From Desulfobacterales bacterium (GTDB lineage: Bacteria > Desulfobacterota > Desulfobacteria > Desulfobacterales > UBA5852), in contig CAXXVS010000002.1 in assembly GCA_963674755.2 (NCBI GenBank), positions 384,001 to 448,000 on the forward strand: a DNA stretch of 64,000 nt. The letters run 5' to 3'. Each line of letters starts with the position of its first letter. The stretch's first letter is position 1. Position numbers and translations under genes: made by a program. Below, piece by piece: positions 21,905 through 33,532 of this stretch. The notes below the pieces were generated by a model. That model worked only from the letters and a program-made list of their open reading frames with translations. It did not search any database and was not told the origin of the DNA.

Positions 21905-23372
21905 ATGTGGAACCGTATCGTTTTACGCAAGCGCATTTATCTGGTACTGGCCGCACTGGTCCTGATTACCTTCATGGGCGCTGTCGTCATGATCTGGTAC
22001 ACCTACCGGATCGAAGGCCTGATTACCGCCGTGGCCGACCAAAACATAAAAGCCTTGGAAACGGCCGAGGATCTTCAAATCGCCCTGGCTAATCAGAAGG
22101 GCTTTGTCTCCTATTATTTCCTGGACGGCAACCCGGACTGGCTGCGGCAGTTGCGCGACTATCAGCAGCGCTTCAACCGTAAATTGAAAGACGCCCAAGC
22201 CCTGGCCGTCTCGTCCGAGCAGAAAGAAACCCTGGGGCGCATTGCGGCCGAATACGCGCAATACGTCACCTCCCGCGACAAGGTCATTGCGCTCTACAAA
22301 CAGGGTGATTCAAGTGCCGGCGCCCTCTTGCACGAAGAAGTCCGTGAGCGCTTCTTCACGATTCTCGCGTTGTGCGAACGCTTCAAGGCCGTCAACGTTC
22401 AGAACATCATCGACGCCCGCCAGGAAAGCCGGGCCGAAGCCCAGCGCCTGCGCAGCATCGCCGTGGTGGCCATCCTGATGAATTTCGTCCTGGCCCTCCT
22501 TCTGGCGACCATTGTCGTCAAAGAGATTCTGGGGCCCATTCGCGATCTGATCCAGGCGGTCACCCACGATGCGGTGGTGACGAAGAAGGAAAATGTCATC
22601 AAGGTGCTAAGCCACCGGGTCTACGATCTGCTCGACAATATGGACTCCACCCAATCCGAGCTTGAGAAAAGCCGGGAAAACTTGCTGCAGGCCAAAAAGC
22701 TGGCCGTGGTCGGCAAACTGGCGGCCGGCATGGCCCACAGCATCCGCAATCCGTTTACCTCGGTGAAAATGCGTCTGTTTTCCCTTGAGCGTACGCTGGA
22801 ACTGTCGGATGTCCAGCAGGAAGACTTCGATGTCATTTCGGAAGAGATTCGCCATATCGACACCATCGTGCAAAACTTCCTGGAATTTTCGCGGCCGCCC
22901 AAGCTGGCCATGCAATCAGTCAGTCCTTCCACCGTGGTGGATACCGTGATTCAGCTGCTGTCCCATCGGCTCAAATCCTATGAGGTCGAGGTGGCGATCG
23001 TCCGTGACGGCGCCCTCCCGGAGGTGGAGGCCGATCCGGACCAATTGAAGGAAGTGCTGGTCAACCTGGTCATCAACGCCTGTGAGGCCCTGGGGCGGGG
23101 CGGGGCCATCAAAATCGAAGAATTGGTGTCCCGGGGACCCCACGGAAAGCGGGAAACCCTGATCCGGGTTTGCGACAACGGGCCCGGCATTCCGGCCAGT
23201 CTTCACGAAAAAGTGTTCGAGCCCTTTTTCACCACCAAGGAGGAAGGCACCGGTCTGGGCATGAGTATCGCCCAGCGTATTGTCAACGAACACAAAGGAT
23301 GGATCGATATTGCCGAAACCGAAGGTGGCGGTACCACCGTCATCGTGACACTGCCGGTCAAGGAGTTTGCGG

Positions 23373-23380
<8 letters not shown>
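21905..23380 (+). CDS. Membrane sensor histidine kinase with periplasmic helical-bundle domain
   Basis: Two TM helices, AHSIRNP H-box, NACEA, DNGPG, FFTTK..GTGLG; start must lie downstream of the promoter (21887 or 21905). Confidence 0.92.
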
Positions 23381-24809
<1,429 letters not shown>

Positions 24810-24874
24810 AGGCTGCTCCCGCTCTCCCCTGTGTCCTCCCGCGCTTGCCTGGGAAGACAATATTTCTGCCAGCG

Positions 24875-24911
24875 TGTCATGGCTTTTAACGGCCCGTAAA
24901 AAAACCTGACA
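24875..24911. promoter_or_regulatory. Inverted pair of TGT-N11-ACA-class enhancer sites
   Basis: TGTCATGGCTTTTAACG (24875-24891) and CGTAAAAAAACCTGACA (24895-24911). Confidence 0.6.
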
Positions 24912-25003
24912 CCCCTCCTTTGCGACGTTCTGTCGGATCATCCCCGCAGGTAAAAAAATAAAGAAATAACAATGAGATGTGTGTGGTGGTTCGACGCCAC
25001 GGA

Positions 25004-25019
25004 TGGCATGGTTGTTGCT
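25004..25019 (+). promoter_or_regulatory. sigma54 promoter
   Basis: TGGCATGGTTGTTGCT, GG-N10-GC; A-tract between enhancer and promoter. Confidence 0.8.
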
Positions 25020-25063
25020 CAAAGGGGGGTGTCATCATCCTTATCTATAGGGGACCAGTCCGG

Positions 25064-26773
25064 ATGCTGAGAAAAGAACTGCTGCAACAGCCCTACTATC
25101 GATCGCTGACCCTGAATATGACAGTGACCATCATCGTTGTCTCCTTCATTCCCGTCTTTCTGGTGGGGAGTACCATTTATTACAATTTCTACGCCTCCTA
25201 CCGCGAAAAGGTTTATGCCCATCTGGAGGAGCTGGTGGAGAAACACCGGCAGCAGATCGACGATTTTCTCGTGGATAAACTGGCCGATATCCGCTTCATG
25301 GCGCGGAATCTGGGGTATCGCAATCTGAGCAACGAAGCCTTTCTGCAGACCACCCTGGCCTCCCTGCAGCGCAACTATAATCACGTTTTCGTTGATCTCG
25401 GGGTGGTGAACGGTGACGGGCAGCAGGTGGCCTATGCCGGCCCCTTCAAACTGGCGGAAGCCGATTATGCCGACACGGACTGGTTTCAGCAGGCCATGAA
25501 GAAAGATTACGTGATCAGCGATGTTTTTCTAGGGCTGCGGCGCCTGCCCCATTTCATTGTGGCCGTCAAGAATACCTTCGGCGGCCAACCATGGATCCTG
25601 CGGGCCACCATCGATTTCGTCATCTTCAACGATCTGGTGGAAAACATCCGGGTGGGGGAGACCGGTTTCGCCTTCATTCTGAACCGTAGCGGTGAATTCC
25701 AGACCACCCCCCTGGTCAATTTCGTTCCCCGCAAAGGCTGCTACGGGCATTTCTTCGACTGCAGCAAGGCCTTGGACGACCGGGTCACCATCATGGAGCA
25801 GGAAGACGACGGGAAAAAGTATATTTATGTCACCGCCCTGCTCAAAGACAAAAACTGGCTTCTGGTCTACCGCCAGGAGAGTGCCGACGCCTTTTCGCAT
25901 TTGCGGCGGGCCCAGATCATCTCCATCGCCATCTTCATCGTCGGCGGGGTCAGCATTCTTATGATGGCCTTCATGCTGTCACTCCGGCAGGTCGAGCGCA
26001 TCAAGGAGGCGGATCGGGCCAAAGAGCTGATGAACCAGCAGGTGATCGAAACCGGCAAGCTAGCTTCGATCGGAGAGCTGGCCGCCGGGATTGCCCACGA
26101 AATCAACAACCCGGTGGCCATCATGGTGGAAGAAGCCGGATGGATTCAGGACCTGCTGGAAGAGGAGGAATTCTCCCCAAGTGCGAACCTGGAAGAATTC
26201 GAGCGGGCCTTGAAGCAGATCAACACCCAGGGCAAACGCTGCAAGGAGATCACGCACAAGCTGCTCAGTTTCGCGCGCAAAACCGATTCCCGCCTCCAGA
26301 ACTTTGCCATCAACGATCTCATCGAGGAAGTCATCGGGCTTTCCCAGCAGCGGGCCAAATACGCCAAGGTGACCATCACGCCGCAGCTGGCGGATAACCT
26401 GCCAGCCCTTCAGGCCTCCCCCTCCGAGATGCAGCAGGTTTTTCTCAATCTGATCAACAATGCCGTGGATGCCATGGATAAGGAAGGCGGCGAACTTAAG
26501 GTCACCACCGGCCACCGGGGGGAGCACCTCGTGGTGGAAGTGCGGGACACCGGCCCGGGAATTCCGCCGGCCAACCTGGATCGCATCTTCGATCCGTTCT
26601 ACACCACCAAACCGGTGGGCAAAGGAACCGGTTTGGGGCTCTCCATTTGCTACGGCATCATTAAAAAGATGGGGGGCGATATCAGCGTCCGCAGCGTCAT
26701 GGATGAAGGCACGACCTTCACCATCGAGCTTCCCATCGGCACGACAGGCGCTGCAAACATGAACGACGCCTAA
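25064..26773 (+). CDS. Cache-domain sensor histidine kinase
   Basis: Two TM; YAGPF..WF..SDVFLGLR..PHF..RATID Cache region; AHEINNP, GKGTGLG. Confidence 0.92.
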   Translation: MLRKELLQQPYYRSLTLNMTVTIIVVSFIPVFLVGSTIYYNFYASYREKVYAHLEELVEKHRQQIDDFLVDKLADIRFMARNLGYRNLSNEAFLQTTLASLQRNYNHVFVDLGVVNGDGQQVAYAGPFKLAEADYADTDWFQQAMKKDYVISDVFLGLRRLPHFIVAVKNTFGGQPWILRATIDFVIFNDLVENIRVGETGFAFILNRSGEFQTTPLVNFVPRKGCYGHFFDCSKALDDRVTIMEQEDDGKKYIYVTALLKDKNWLLVYRQESADAFSHLRRAQIISIAIFIVGGVSILMMAFMLSLRQVERIKEADRAKELMNQQVIETGKLASIGELAAGIAHEINNPVAIMVEEAGWIQDLLEEEEFSPSANLEEFERALKQINTQGKRCKEITHKLLSFARKTDSRLQNFAINDLIEEVIGLSQQRAKYAKVTITPQLADNLPALQASPSEMQQVFLNLINNAVDAMDKEGGELKVTTGHRGEHLVVEVRDTGPGIPPANLDRIFDPFYTTKPVGKGTGLGLSICYGIIKKMGGDISVRSVMDEGTTFTIELPIGTTGAANMNDA

Positions 26774-26866
26774 TGGCCGTTAAACCGTGTCCTTGCCGAG
26801 ATGCCATTCACGGAGGGACGCTAAAAAGAAAATTTGCTCCCGGTCAATTCTAAAAGGAGAAGAGCC

Positions 26867-27307
26867 ATGATGGACTTACTGGAACCGATTGTTTTGCTGG
26901 TGGACGATGAGGCGCCGTTTGTCGAGACCATGACCAAACGGTTGACCAAGCGTAAACTGGGCGTCCTGCAAGCCCTCGGCGGGGAGGAAGCCCTGCAGGT
27001 ATTGAAGGAAGACGACCGGGTCGATGTGGTCATCCTGGATGTCAAGATGCCGGGCATGGACGGCATCGAGACCCTGAAAGAGATCCGCAAGGAACACCCC
27101 TTGGTGGAGGTGATCATGCTGACCGGTCATGCCACGGTGGAAACCAGCATCGAAGGGATGCGTCTGGGGGCGTTCGACTACCTGATGAAGCCCTGTGACA
27201 TGGATGTGCTCATGGAAAAGGTGAATACCGCCACCAAAAAGAAGCGGGATCATGAAGAGAAGATTCGCGAAGCCCGGGTGAGTGCCATTCTCAAAGCCCG
27301 CACCTGA
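26867..27307 (+). CDS. Stand-alone response regulator (REC)
   Basis: LVDDE, LDVKMPGMDG, LTGH, YLMKP. Confidence 0.92.
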   Translation: MMDLLEPIVLLVDDEAPFVETMTKRLTKRKLGVLQALGGEEALQVLKEDDRVDVVILDVKMPGMDGIETLKEIRKEHPLVEVIMLTGHATVETSIEGMRLGAFDYLMKPCDMDVLMEKVNTATKKKRDHEEKIREARVSAILKART

Positions 27308-27462
27308 TTGACCCGGTGCCGTTGTTGAGGAATGCTGTGCGCGGTCGTTCGGATTTCGTCGGCCGACGCCTGGCCACGGAGCCATCTGCAGTCGCGAAGC
27401 GGGGATGCCACAATGCAGGGAAATTTACAACCGAGACAGGCCGCGTCGCTAGGGGAGGCAAC

Positions 27463-27837
27463 ATGCCGAAGACCATAAAACTGCTTCTCGTGGACGATGA
27501 GATCGGCTTTGTCGAGGTTCTTGGCAAACGCTTGTCGAAACGCAATATGGACGTAACGGCGGTTTACAGCGGAACCAAGGCGATCCAGAGCTTGCGGAAG
27601 CAAGATTTCGACGTGGCCGTCCTCGACCTCAAACTGGAGGATATGGACGGGATCGAAATCCTCAGAATCTTCAAGAAGCTGGTGCCGGACATGCCGGTGA
27701 TCATGCTCACCGGCCACGGTTCCGAGGAGGCGGCCCGGGAGGGCATGGCCTGCGGGGCCTTCGATTACCTGACCAAACCCAGTGACCTTGACGATCTGGT
27801 GCAGAAGATTTGCCAGGCCGTCGGACAGGAGAAATGA
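27463..27837 (+). CDS. Stand-alone response regulator (REC)
   Basis: LVDDE, LDLKLEDMDG, LTGH, YLTKP; GGGGAGG RBS. Confidence 0.92.
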   Translation: MPKTIKLLLVDDEIGFVEVLGKRLSKRNMDVTAVYSGTKAIQSLRKQDFDVAVLDLKLEDMDGIEILRIFKKLVPDMPVIMLTGHGSEEAAREGMACGAFDYLTKPSDLDDLVQKICQAVGQEK

Positions 27838-27838
27838 C

Positions 27839-28267
27839 ATGACGGAGAAACCGACCGTCCTGTTTGTGGATGATGAGGAAGATTACCTGACGACGCTGCT
27901 GAAACGCATGCGCAAACGTGATGTCGAGGCCGCCGGCGTCGGCAGCGGAGAGGAAGCCCTGGCCTATCTTGACAGCCATTTGGCCGACGTGGTGGTGCTC
28001 GATGTGCGCATGCCCGGCATGGACGGTATCGAAACCCTGCGTCAGATCAAGAAGACGGCCCCCCTGACCGAAGTCATCATGCTCACCGGCCACGCCAGTC
28101 TGGAGGCCGCGCGGGAAGGCATGGAACTGGGGGCCTTCGACTACCTGATGAAGCCGGTGGATATCGACGAACTGCTCTACAAACTCGAAGACGCCTATAA
28201 AAACAAAACGATCCAGGAAGCCAAGATCAAGGCTCTCGACGCCATGCTGACGTCCGAGAGCCTGTGA
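27839..28267 (+). CDS. Stand-alone response regulator (REC)
   Basis: FVDDE, LDVRMPGMDG, LTGH, YLMKP. Confidence 0.92.
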   Translation: MTEKPTVLFVDDEEDYLTTLLKRMRKRDVEAAGVGSGEEALAYLDSHLADVVVLDVRMPGMDGIETLRQIKKTAPLTEVIMLTGHASLEAAREGMELGAFDYLMKPVDIDELLYKLEDAYKNKTIQEAKIKALDAMLTSESL

Positions 28268-28328
28268 GCAGTGTGCTTAGACTATTGTCGTCGCATTGAA
28301 AAACCTTTCATGGGAGGAGAAAACTGCA

Positions 28329-29620
28329 ATGAACTTTTTCCGACAATGGGGCCGGTTCATGATGGCGGGTTCCAGGGCCTTCGCCGCGTGGGAAATCCAC
28401 AACGCCGAGAGCATTCTCAAAGATCGCAAGCGGCTCCTGCTGCTGGGGCTGATGCTGATTCCGATTCTCCTGGGGGGCATCGCCTTTGCCGAGCAGATCG
28501 GCGGGGCCCTGCCGAACCTTCTGGGCGGCAAGAAGGCTTACAGTCCCGCCTTTTACAGTACGGGGATTTTTATCATCTCGATCCTGATCGGCCTGGGGGC
28601 CGGTTTGATCACGGGCTGCATCGGTGCCGGCGGCGGGTTTATCATCGCTCCGGCCCTCATGAGCGCGGGCATCAAGGGCATTCTGGCCGTGGGCACGGAT
28701 TTGTTTCACATTTTCGCTAAAGCGATCATGGGCAGTGTCATCCACCGCAAATTGGGCAATGTCTCCGTGCCCCTGGCCGGTGTCTTTCTGCTGGGGGCCA
28801 TCGTCGGGGCCACGGTGGGCGGTGTGATCAACCGGGTGCTGTATGAGATCAATCCGGTCCTCAGCGATGCCTTTATCACCACGGTCTATGCCGGAATGCT
28901 GGGCTTCCTGGGGATTTACGCCATGCTGGACTTCCTCAATGCCCGCAAGGGCGGGCAGGCCGATGCCGGCGCCCATGGTGCCAAGGACGAGGGGGCCGCG
29001 ATGGGTGGCCTGCCCAAAAAACTGCAGGGCCTCAAGATTCCCCCGATGGTGCGCTTCGACCATGACCTGGTGCCGGGCGGACGCGCTATCTCCTGGGTTT
29101 TTCTGGTGCTCAGCGGTGCCCTGGTGGGGCTTGCCGCCGGTATCATGGGGGTGGGGGGCGGTTTCCTGACCTTCCCGATTTTCGTTTATGTCCTGGGGGT
29201 TTCCTCCATGACCACCGTGGGACCGACATTTTCCAGATCGTGTTCACGGCCGGCTATGCCGCCATCAGCCAGTATGCCATCTACGGGTTTATCTTCTACA
29301 CCCTGGCCATGGGCATGCTTCTGGGATCCCTGGTGGGAATCCAGGTCGGGGCCATGGTCACCAAGGTCGTCAAGGGGATCACCATCCGCGGATTTTATGC
29401 CATGGCCGTGCTGGCGGGTTTTGTGAACCGGGCCTTTGCCCTGCCTGCCAAACTGGGGGAGATGGGCGTCATTCCCATTTCGCCGGCCCTTGGCAAAACG
29501 CTGGAGACCGTCGGTGTATGGGCCTTTTTCATCGTGATTGCCGGCTTCGGGGCCTGGGTCATCGGAACCTTCTTGACCAATATCAGCAAGCTGAAGGGGC
29601 AGGGGGAGGTGCACTCATGA
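28329..29620 (+). pseudogene. TauE/SafE (TSUP) family exporter with a one-base frameshift near 29220 (true lesion or sequencing error)
   Basis: Internal repeats GCIGAGGGF/GIMGVGGGF and AVGTDLFHIF; the second repeat TVG-TDIFQIVF is restored only by adding one base at 29219-29222; C-terminal half is ORF 29240-29620. Confidence 0.8.
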
Positions 29621-30303
29621 TCGCCAAAAAAGGAGAATTCTACAGCGGGGCCGGCATGCTGGCGATCTTCGTGATCGTCCTGATCGTGATCTTCATGCCG
29701 GTTTTCAACGGCCACAATGGCCTCAACTATCTCGATTCCCTCTACAACTCCATCTCCAAGGGATCGGCCTACTATGTCCCGGCGCTGCAAAAAGAGGTGC
29801 AGGCCTATGCCGGGACCAAGGTCAACCTTACCCTGACCATGAAAGATGAAACCATGGCCCGCCAAAGCTCGCTGCTTTTTCAAAAGGGCGGTGCGTTGGT
29901 GAATGTTACCGGGACGACCCTGTCGGTGGAAGGCGATCTGGGGAAAATTCTGACCGTTTGTCTCGATGATGCCGATCTGATGTATCACAACAAGGGGGCG
30001 GAGGTGGCCGCCAAGTACGGCTATGGGGAGCGCCAAGCCCTTTACAACTGGTGGGCCGCCAACAACGCCACGGAAAACGACCTCAAACGCCAAAAGCAGT
30101 TCAAAGCGGCCAAGGTGGTGGCCACCGTCAACAAAAAGGCGGTGGAAACGGCCTATAACTACTACCATATCGAGCCCCAGAACATTTCGGACCGCTACGG
30201 CATCGTCATTTTCTCCCTGGTGTTCTATGTGGCCTATACCCTGTGGTACGGATTTGCCATCATGTTCCTGTTCGAAGGCTGGGGCATGCGCCTCGAGCAT
30301 TGA
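29617..30303 (+). CDS. Hypothetical membrane protein with soluble central domain
   Basis: N- and C-terminal TM helices; GGAGGT RBS; ATGA overlap with TauE stop. Confidence 0.8.
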   Translation: MIAKKGEFYSGAGMLAIFVIVLIVIFMPVFNGHNGLNYLDSLYNSISKGSAYYVPALQKEVQAYAGTKVNLTLTMKDETMARQSSLLFQKGGALVNVTGTTLSVEGDLGKILTVCLDDADLMYHNKGAEVAAKYGYGERQALYNWWAANNATENDLKRQKQFKAAKVVATVNKKAVETAYNYYHIEPQNISDRYGIVIFSLVFYVAYTLWYGFAIMFLFEGWGMRLEH

Positions 30304-30562
30304 CGGCGGGCAGACCATGCGCTGCGGATAGGGGCGAGGTGCCGGCTTTACGCGAGGTCGGCGCCTCGCAGCCCTGCTCAAGCCGATGGCGGTAAGGTCC
30401 TTCTCCGCTCTCGGCTTCTCATTGTCATTCCGGAAGATGGATGCCGCTGGGGGACCTTGCCGAAGGGGTGCCGGCAGTGGTACGTTCGCCGGCAGGCCGC
30501 CAAAGTTACGGAACATCAAGTTGTTCGCAACATTATCCTGAAGCGGTGAACCAGGAGACCGG

Positions 30563-33187
30563 ATGGGCAGCCTCAGGCACCTTATCAGCAAGATTTTCTT
30601 CCCCGGGAAAGGGGAGACCAGCGCCGACGTGGCGCAGCTGCGCCTGGTCTTCCGGGAGCGCTACGCCCACTTCAAACAGCTCATCAGCGCCAACAACAAG
30701 GCCCTTGACATCATGGCCGAGATCGAAGGCGCGCTGCAGGGCGATCGTCCCTTCGGCATGACCCTGGTGCGCTCCTGCGTTACCACCGTATCGGTGAACG
30801 TCTTCCAGATGGTGGACAATCTGCAGCGCCTGGCACCGCATAAATACGACGGGCTGACTCCCCGTTTCCATGCCATCAGTCAACAGATCGAGAAGCTGCT
30901 GCGCCGGGAAACGCGGGCCCGGGACGAACGCCTGGTGATCGGGCTGAACGCGATCGATAAGCACATGGTCGATTTGGTGGGCAGCAAGATGGCCAATCTG
31001 GGCGAAATCCGCAACAAGCTCAACCTGGCGGTCCCCTCCGGTTTTGTCATTACCGCCACAGCCTACGAACGCTTTATCGCTTATAATGATCTCAAGGTGG
31101 AAATCGAGCGGCTGATGCAGTCTGCGGACCAGGACGACATCGAGAATCTCTACCGGCTGCACGCCCGTCTGGACAAGCTCATCGTCCAGGCCGCGATACC
31201 CCCCGACCTGGCCGACGCGGTCCAAGATGCCTGGCATGACATGGAAGGGGGCGGCGGGTCCGGGATGACGGCGGCCATGCGCAGCAGTGCCCTGGGCGAA
31301 GACGAGAAAGGCAGCTCGTTTGCCGGGCTGCACCACTCGGAATTGAATGTCAGCGCCGATCATCTTTTTGATGCCTATAAACAAATCGTGGCCAGCAAGT
31401 ACAGCCTGCCGGCTATCACCTACCGCCTCAACAAGGGGTTTCGGGATGAGGACATCGCCATGTGCGTGGGGTGTCTGGCCATGCTGGAATCGGTGGCCGG
31501 CGGCGTCATGTATTCCCGCAACCCTTTCGACCTCAATGATGACAACATCGTGATCAATGCCGCCTGGGGGCTTCCCAAGGCGGTGGTGGACGGATCGGTG
31601 GACGGCGATTTGTTTGTCATCGACCGGAACCCGCCGATGCGCATCGTCCGGCGGGAAATCCGGAGCAAGGACCGTAAATTCACCTGCTACCCGGAGGAAG
31701 GGGTTTGCCGGCTGGATATCACCAATGCGAACGTGCGCAACCAGGCCTGCCTCGATGACCAGGCCGTCCTGGGCCTGGCGGCCATCGCGGTTCAATTGGA
31801 AGGTCATTATGGAACGCCCCAGGATATTGAGTGGGCCATCGATCCCCGGGGGCAACGCTTCATTCTGCAATGCCGGCCGCTGCAACAGATGGAGGCCCTG
31901 TCCCATCCCTCGACCGAAGGGGCCGAAGGTCCGCTTAAAGACAGCCTGCTTATCGAGGGCGGGATTACCGCCTGCCCGGGCGTCGGCGCCGGCACGGTCC
32001 ACCGGGTGGATAGCGGGCTGGATATGCTGGCCTTTCCCCAGGGGGCGATTTTACTGACACGAGAAGCCCATCCCCGCTGGGCATCACTCCTGACCCGCGC
32101 GGCCGGCGTCATTACGGCGCACGGCAGCTTTACGGGGCATTTGGCCAACGTGGCCCGCGAGTTCGGCCTGCCTGCCCTTTTCGGTGTTTCCGGGGCGCTG
32201 GAAACGCTTCCCCAGGGGGCTCTGGTTACGCTGGATGCCGGCAACCGGCGTATCCATAGAGGCCGCATCGAAGCGCTGCTGGCCCTGTCCCCGCCCAAAG
32301 CGCGTCTCATGATCGGAAGTCCTATTTACGAGACCCTGGAACAGATCAGCCGTCTGATCGTGCCCCTGAATCTACTGGATCCGGACACGCCCGAGTTCGC
32401 GCCGGCCAACTGCCGTACCCTGCATGACATCACCCGCTTCATTCACGAAAAGTCGGTCCGTGAGATGTTCCACTTCGGGCGGGATCACCGTTTCAACGAG
32501 CGCTCGAGCAAACAGCTCTACTTCCATGGGCCCATGCAGTGGTGGATTCTGAACCTGGACGACGGCTTCAAGGAGGAAGTCCGGGGGAAGTACATCCGGC
32601 TCGACAACATCGCCTCCATTCCCATGCTGGCCTTTTGGGAGGGGTTTGCGGCCATCCCCTGGGACGGTCCGCCGGCCCTGGACGGCAAGGGCTTGATGGC
32701 GGTCATGTTCCAGTCCACCGCCAATCCGGCCCTGACGCCGGGCATCCGTTCCCGCTATGCGGACCGCAACTATTTCATGATCTCCAGGCATTACTGCAAT
32801 CTCAGCTCCCGCCTGGGCTACCACTTTTCTACCCTGGAGACGCTGGTCAGCGCGCGTACGGCGGAGAACTATATCGGCTTCCAGTTCAAGGGCGGTGCCG
32901 CGGACGACCGCCGTCGCATCAAACGCGTCCACTTCATCGGGGAACTCCTGGAAAACTACAATTTCCGCATCCGCCTCAAAGAAGACAATCTAATGGCCCG
33001 CATCGAAGGCTATGACATGGCCTACATGGTAGATCGCCTCAAGATCCTGGGCTACCTTACCCTGCATACCCGACAACTGGACATGATCATGACCAACCCC
33101 CGCATGGTCGATCATTATCGGATCAAATTGCAGAACGATATTAAGATGATCATCGCGCCGGATAGCGAAGAAAACGCTACATACTAG
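30563..33187 (+). CDS. PEP-synthase-like (pyruvate,water dikinase family) protein lacking the canonical pyruvate-binding barrel
   Basis: GSKMANLGE, VPSGF, MRSSALGED, SFAGLH, QDIEWAI, LQCRPL ATP-grasp; swivel domain TGHLANVAREFG (His codon 32138). Confidence 0.88.
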   Translation: MGSLRHLISKIFFPGKGETSADVAQLRLVFRERYAHFKQLISANNKALDIMAEIEGALQGDRPFGMTLVRSCVTTVSVNVFQMVDNLQRLAPHKYDGLTPRFHAISQQIEKLLRRETRARDERLVIGLNAIDKHMVDLVGSKMANLGEIRNKLNLAVPSGFVITATAYERFIAYNDLKVEIERLMQSADQDDIENLYRLHARLDKLIVQAAIPPDLADAVQDAWHDMEGGGGSGMTAAMRSSALGEDEKGSSFAGLHHSELNVSADHLFDAYKQIVASKYSLPAITYRLNKGFRDEDIAMCVGCLAMLESVAGGVMYSRNPFDLNDDNIVINAAWGLPKAVVDGSVDGDLFVIDRNPPMRIVRREIRSKDRKFTCYPEEGVCRLDITNANVRNQACLDDQAVLGLAAIAVQLEGHYGTPQDIEWAIDPRGQRFILQCRPLQQMEALSHPSTEGAEGPLKDSLLIEGGITACPGVGAGTVHRVDSGLDMLAFPQGAILLTREAHPRWASLLTRAAGVITAHGSFTGHLANVAREFGLPALFGVSGALETLPQGALVTLDAGNRRIHRGRIEALLALSPPKARLMIGSPIYETLEQISRLIVPLNLLDPDTPEFAPANCRTLHDITRFIHEKSVREMFHFGRDHRFNERSSKQLYFHGPMQWWILNLDDGFKEEVRGKYIRLDNIASIPMLAFWEGFAAIPWDGPPALDGKGLMAVMFQSTANPALTPGIRSRYADRNYFMISRHYCNLSSRLGYHFSTLETLVSARTAENYIGFQFKGGAADDRRRIKRVHFIGELLENYNFRIRLKEDNLMARIEGYDMAYMVDRLKILGYLTLHTRQLDMIMTNPRMVDHYRIKLQNDIKMIIAPDSEENATY

Positions 33188-33275
33188 TACAGACCATCTC
33201 TTCTCAGCCTTTAGCTGTATCTTGCCAACCTACCTTTCCCTTCCGTCCCTGTTTCGGGAAAAATAATTTTCGCAC

Positions 33276-33292
33276 TGTAAAAAATTTCGACA
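33276..33292. promoter_or_regulatory. Putative enhancer site, TGT-N11-ACA class
   Basis: TGTAAAAAATTTCGACA, 125 bp upstream of the promoter at 33401. Confidence 0.65.
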
Positions 33293-33400
33293 GATGAGGT
33301 TTGTTCTTCCATGCGATCGATGGGGTGACAACCACCATAAGAACCCCGAAAGGATTGATAAATCAGGGCGATAAGATGAAGCGGCTCCTATGCCGAATCC

Positions 33401-33416
33401 TGGCATGCCTATTGCT
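33401..33416 (+). promoter_or_regulatory. sigma54 promoter
   Basis: TGGCATGCCTATTGCT, GG-N10-GC. Confidence 0.8.
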
Positions 33417-33532
33417 GAGAAGAGAAAATAAATGATGTCGCGAAACATCCAGCACATCTTGGAGCGTATCATCGCATTGCCTACCAGACACTTTTACGAT
33501 TACTTCTTTAACCGTCCCAAAAGGGTTTCACG

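Noticed and set aside
29211..29245. Programmed ribosomal frameshift in TauE
   Set aside because: No slippery heptamer or evident stimulatory structure; a simple deletion or sequencing error is more likely
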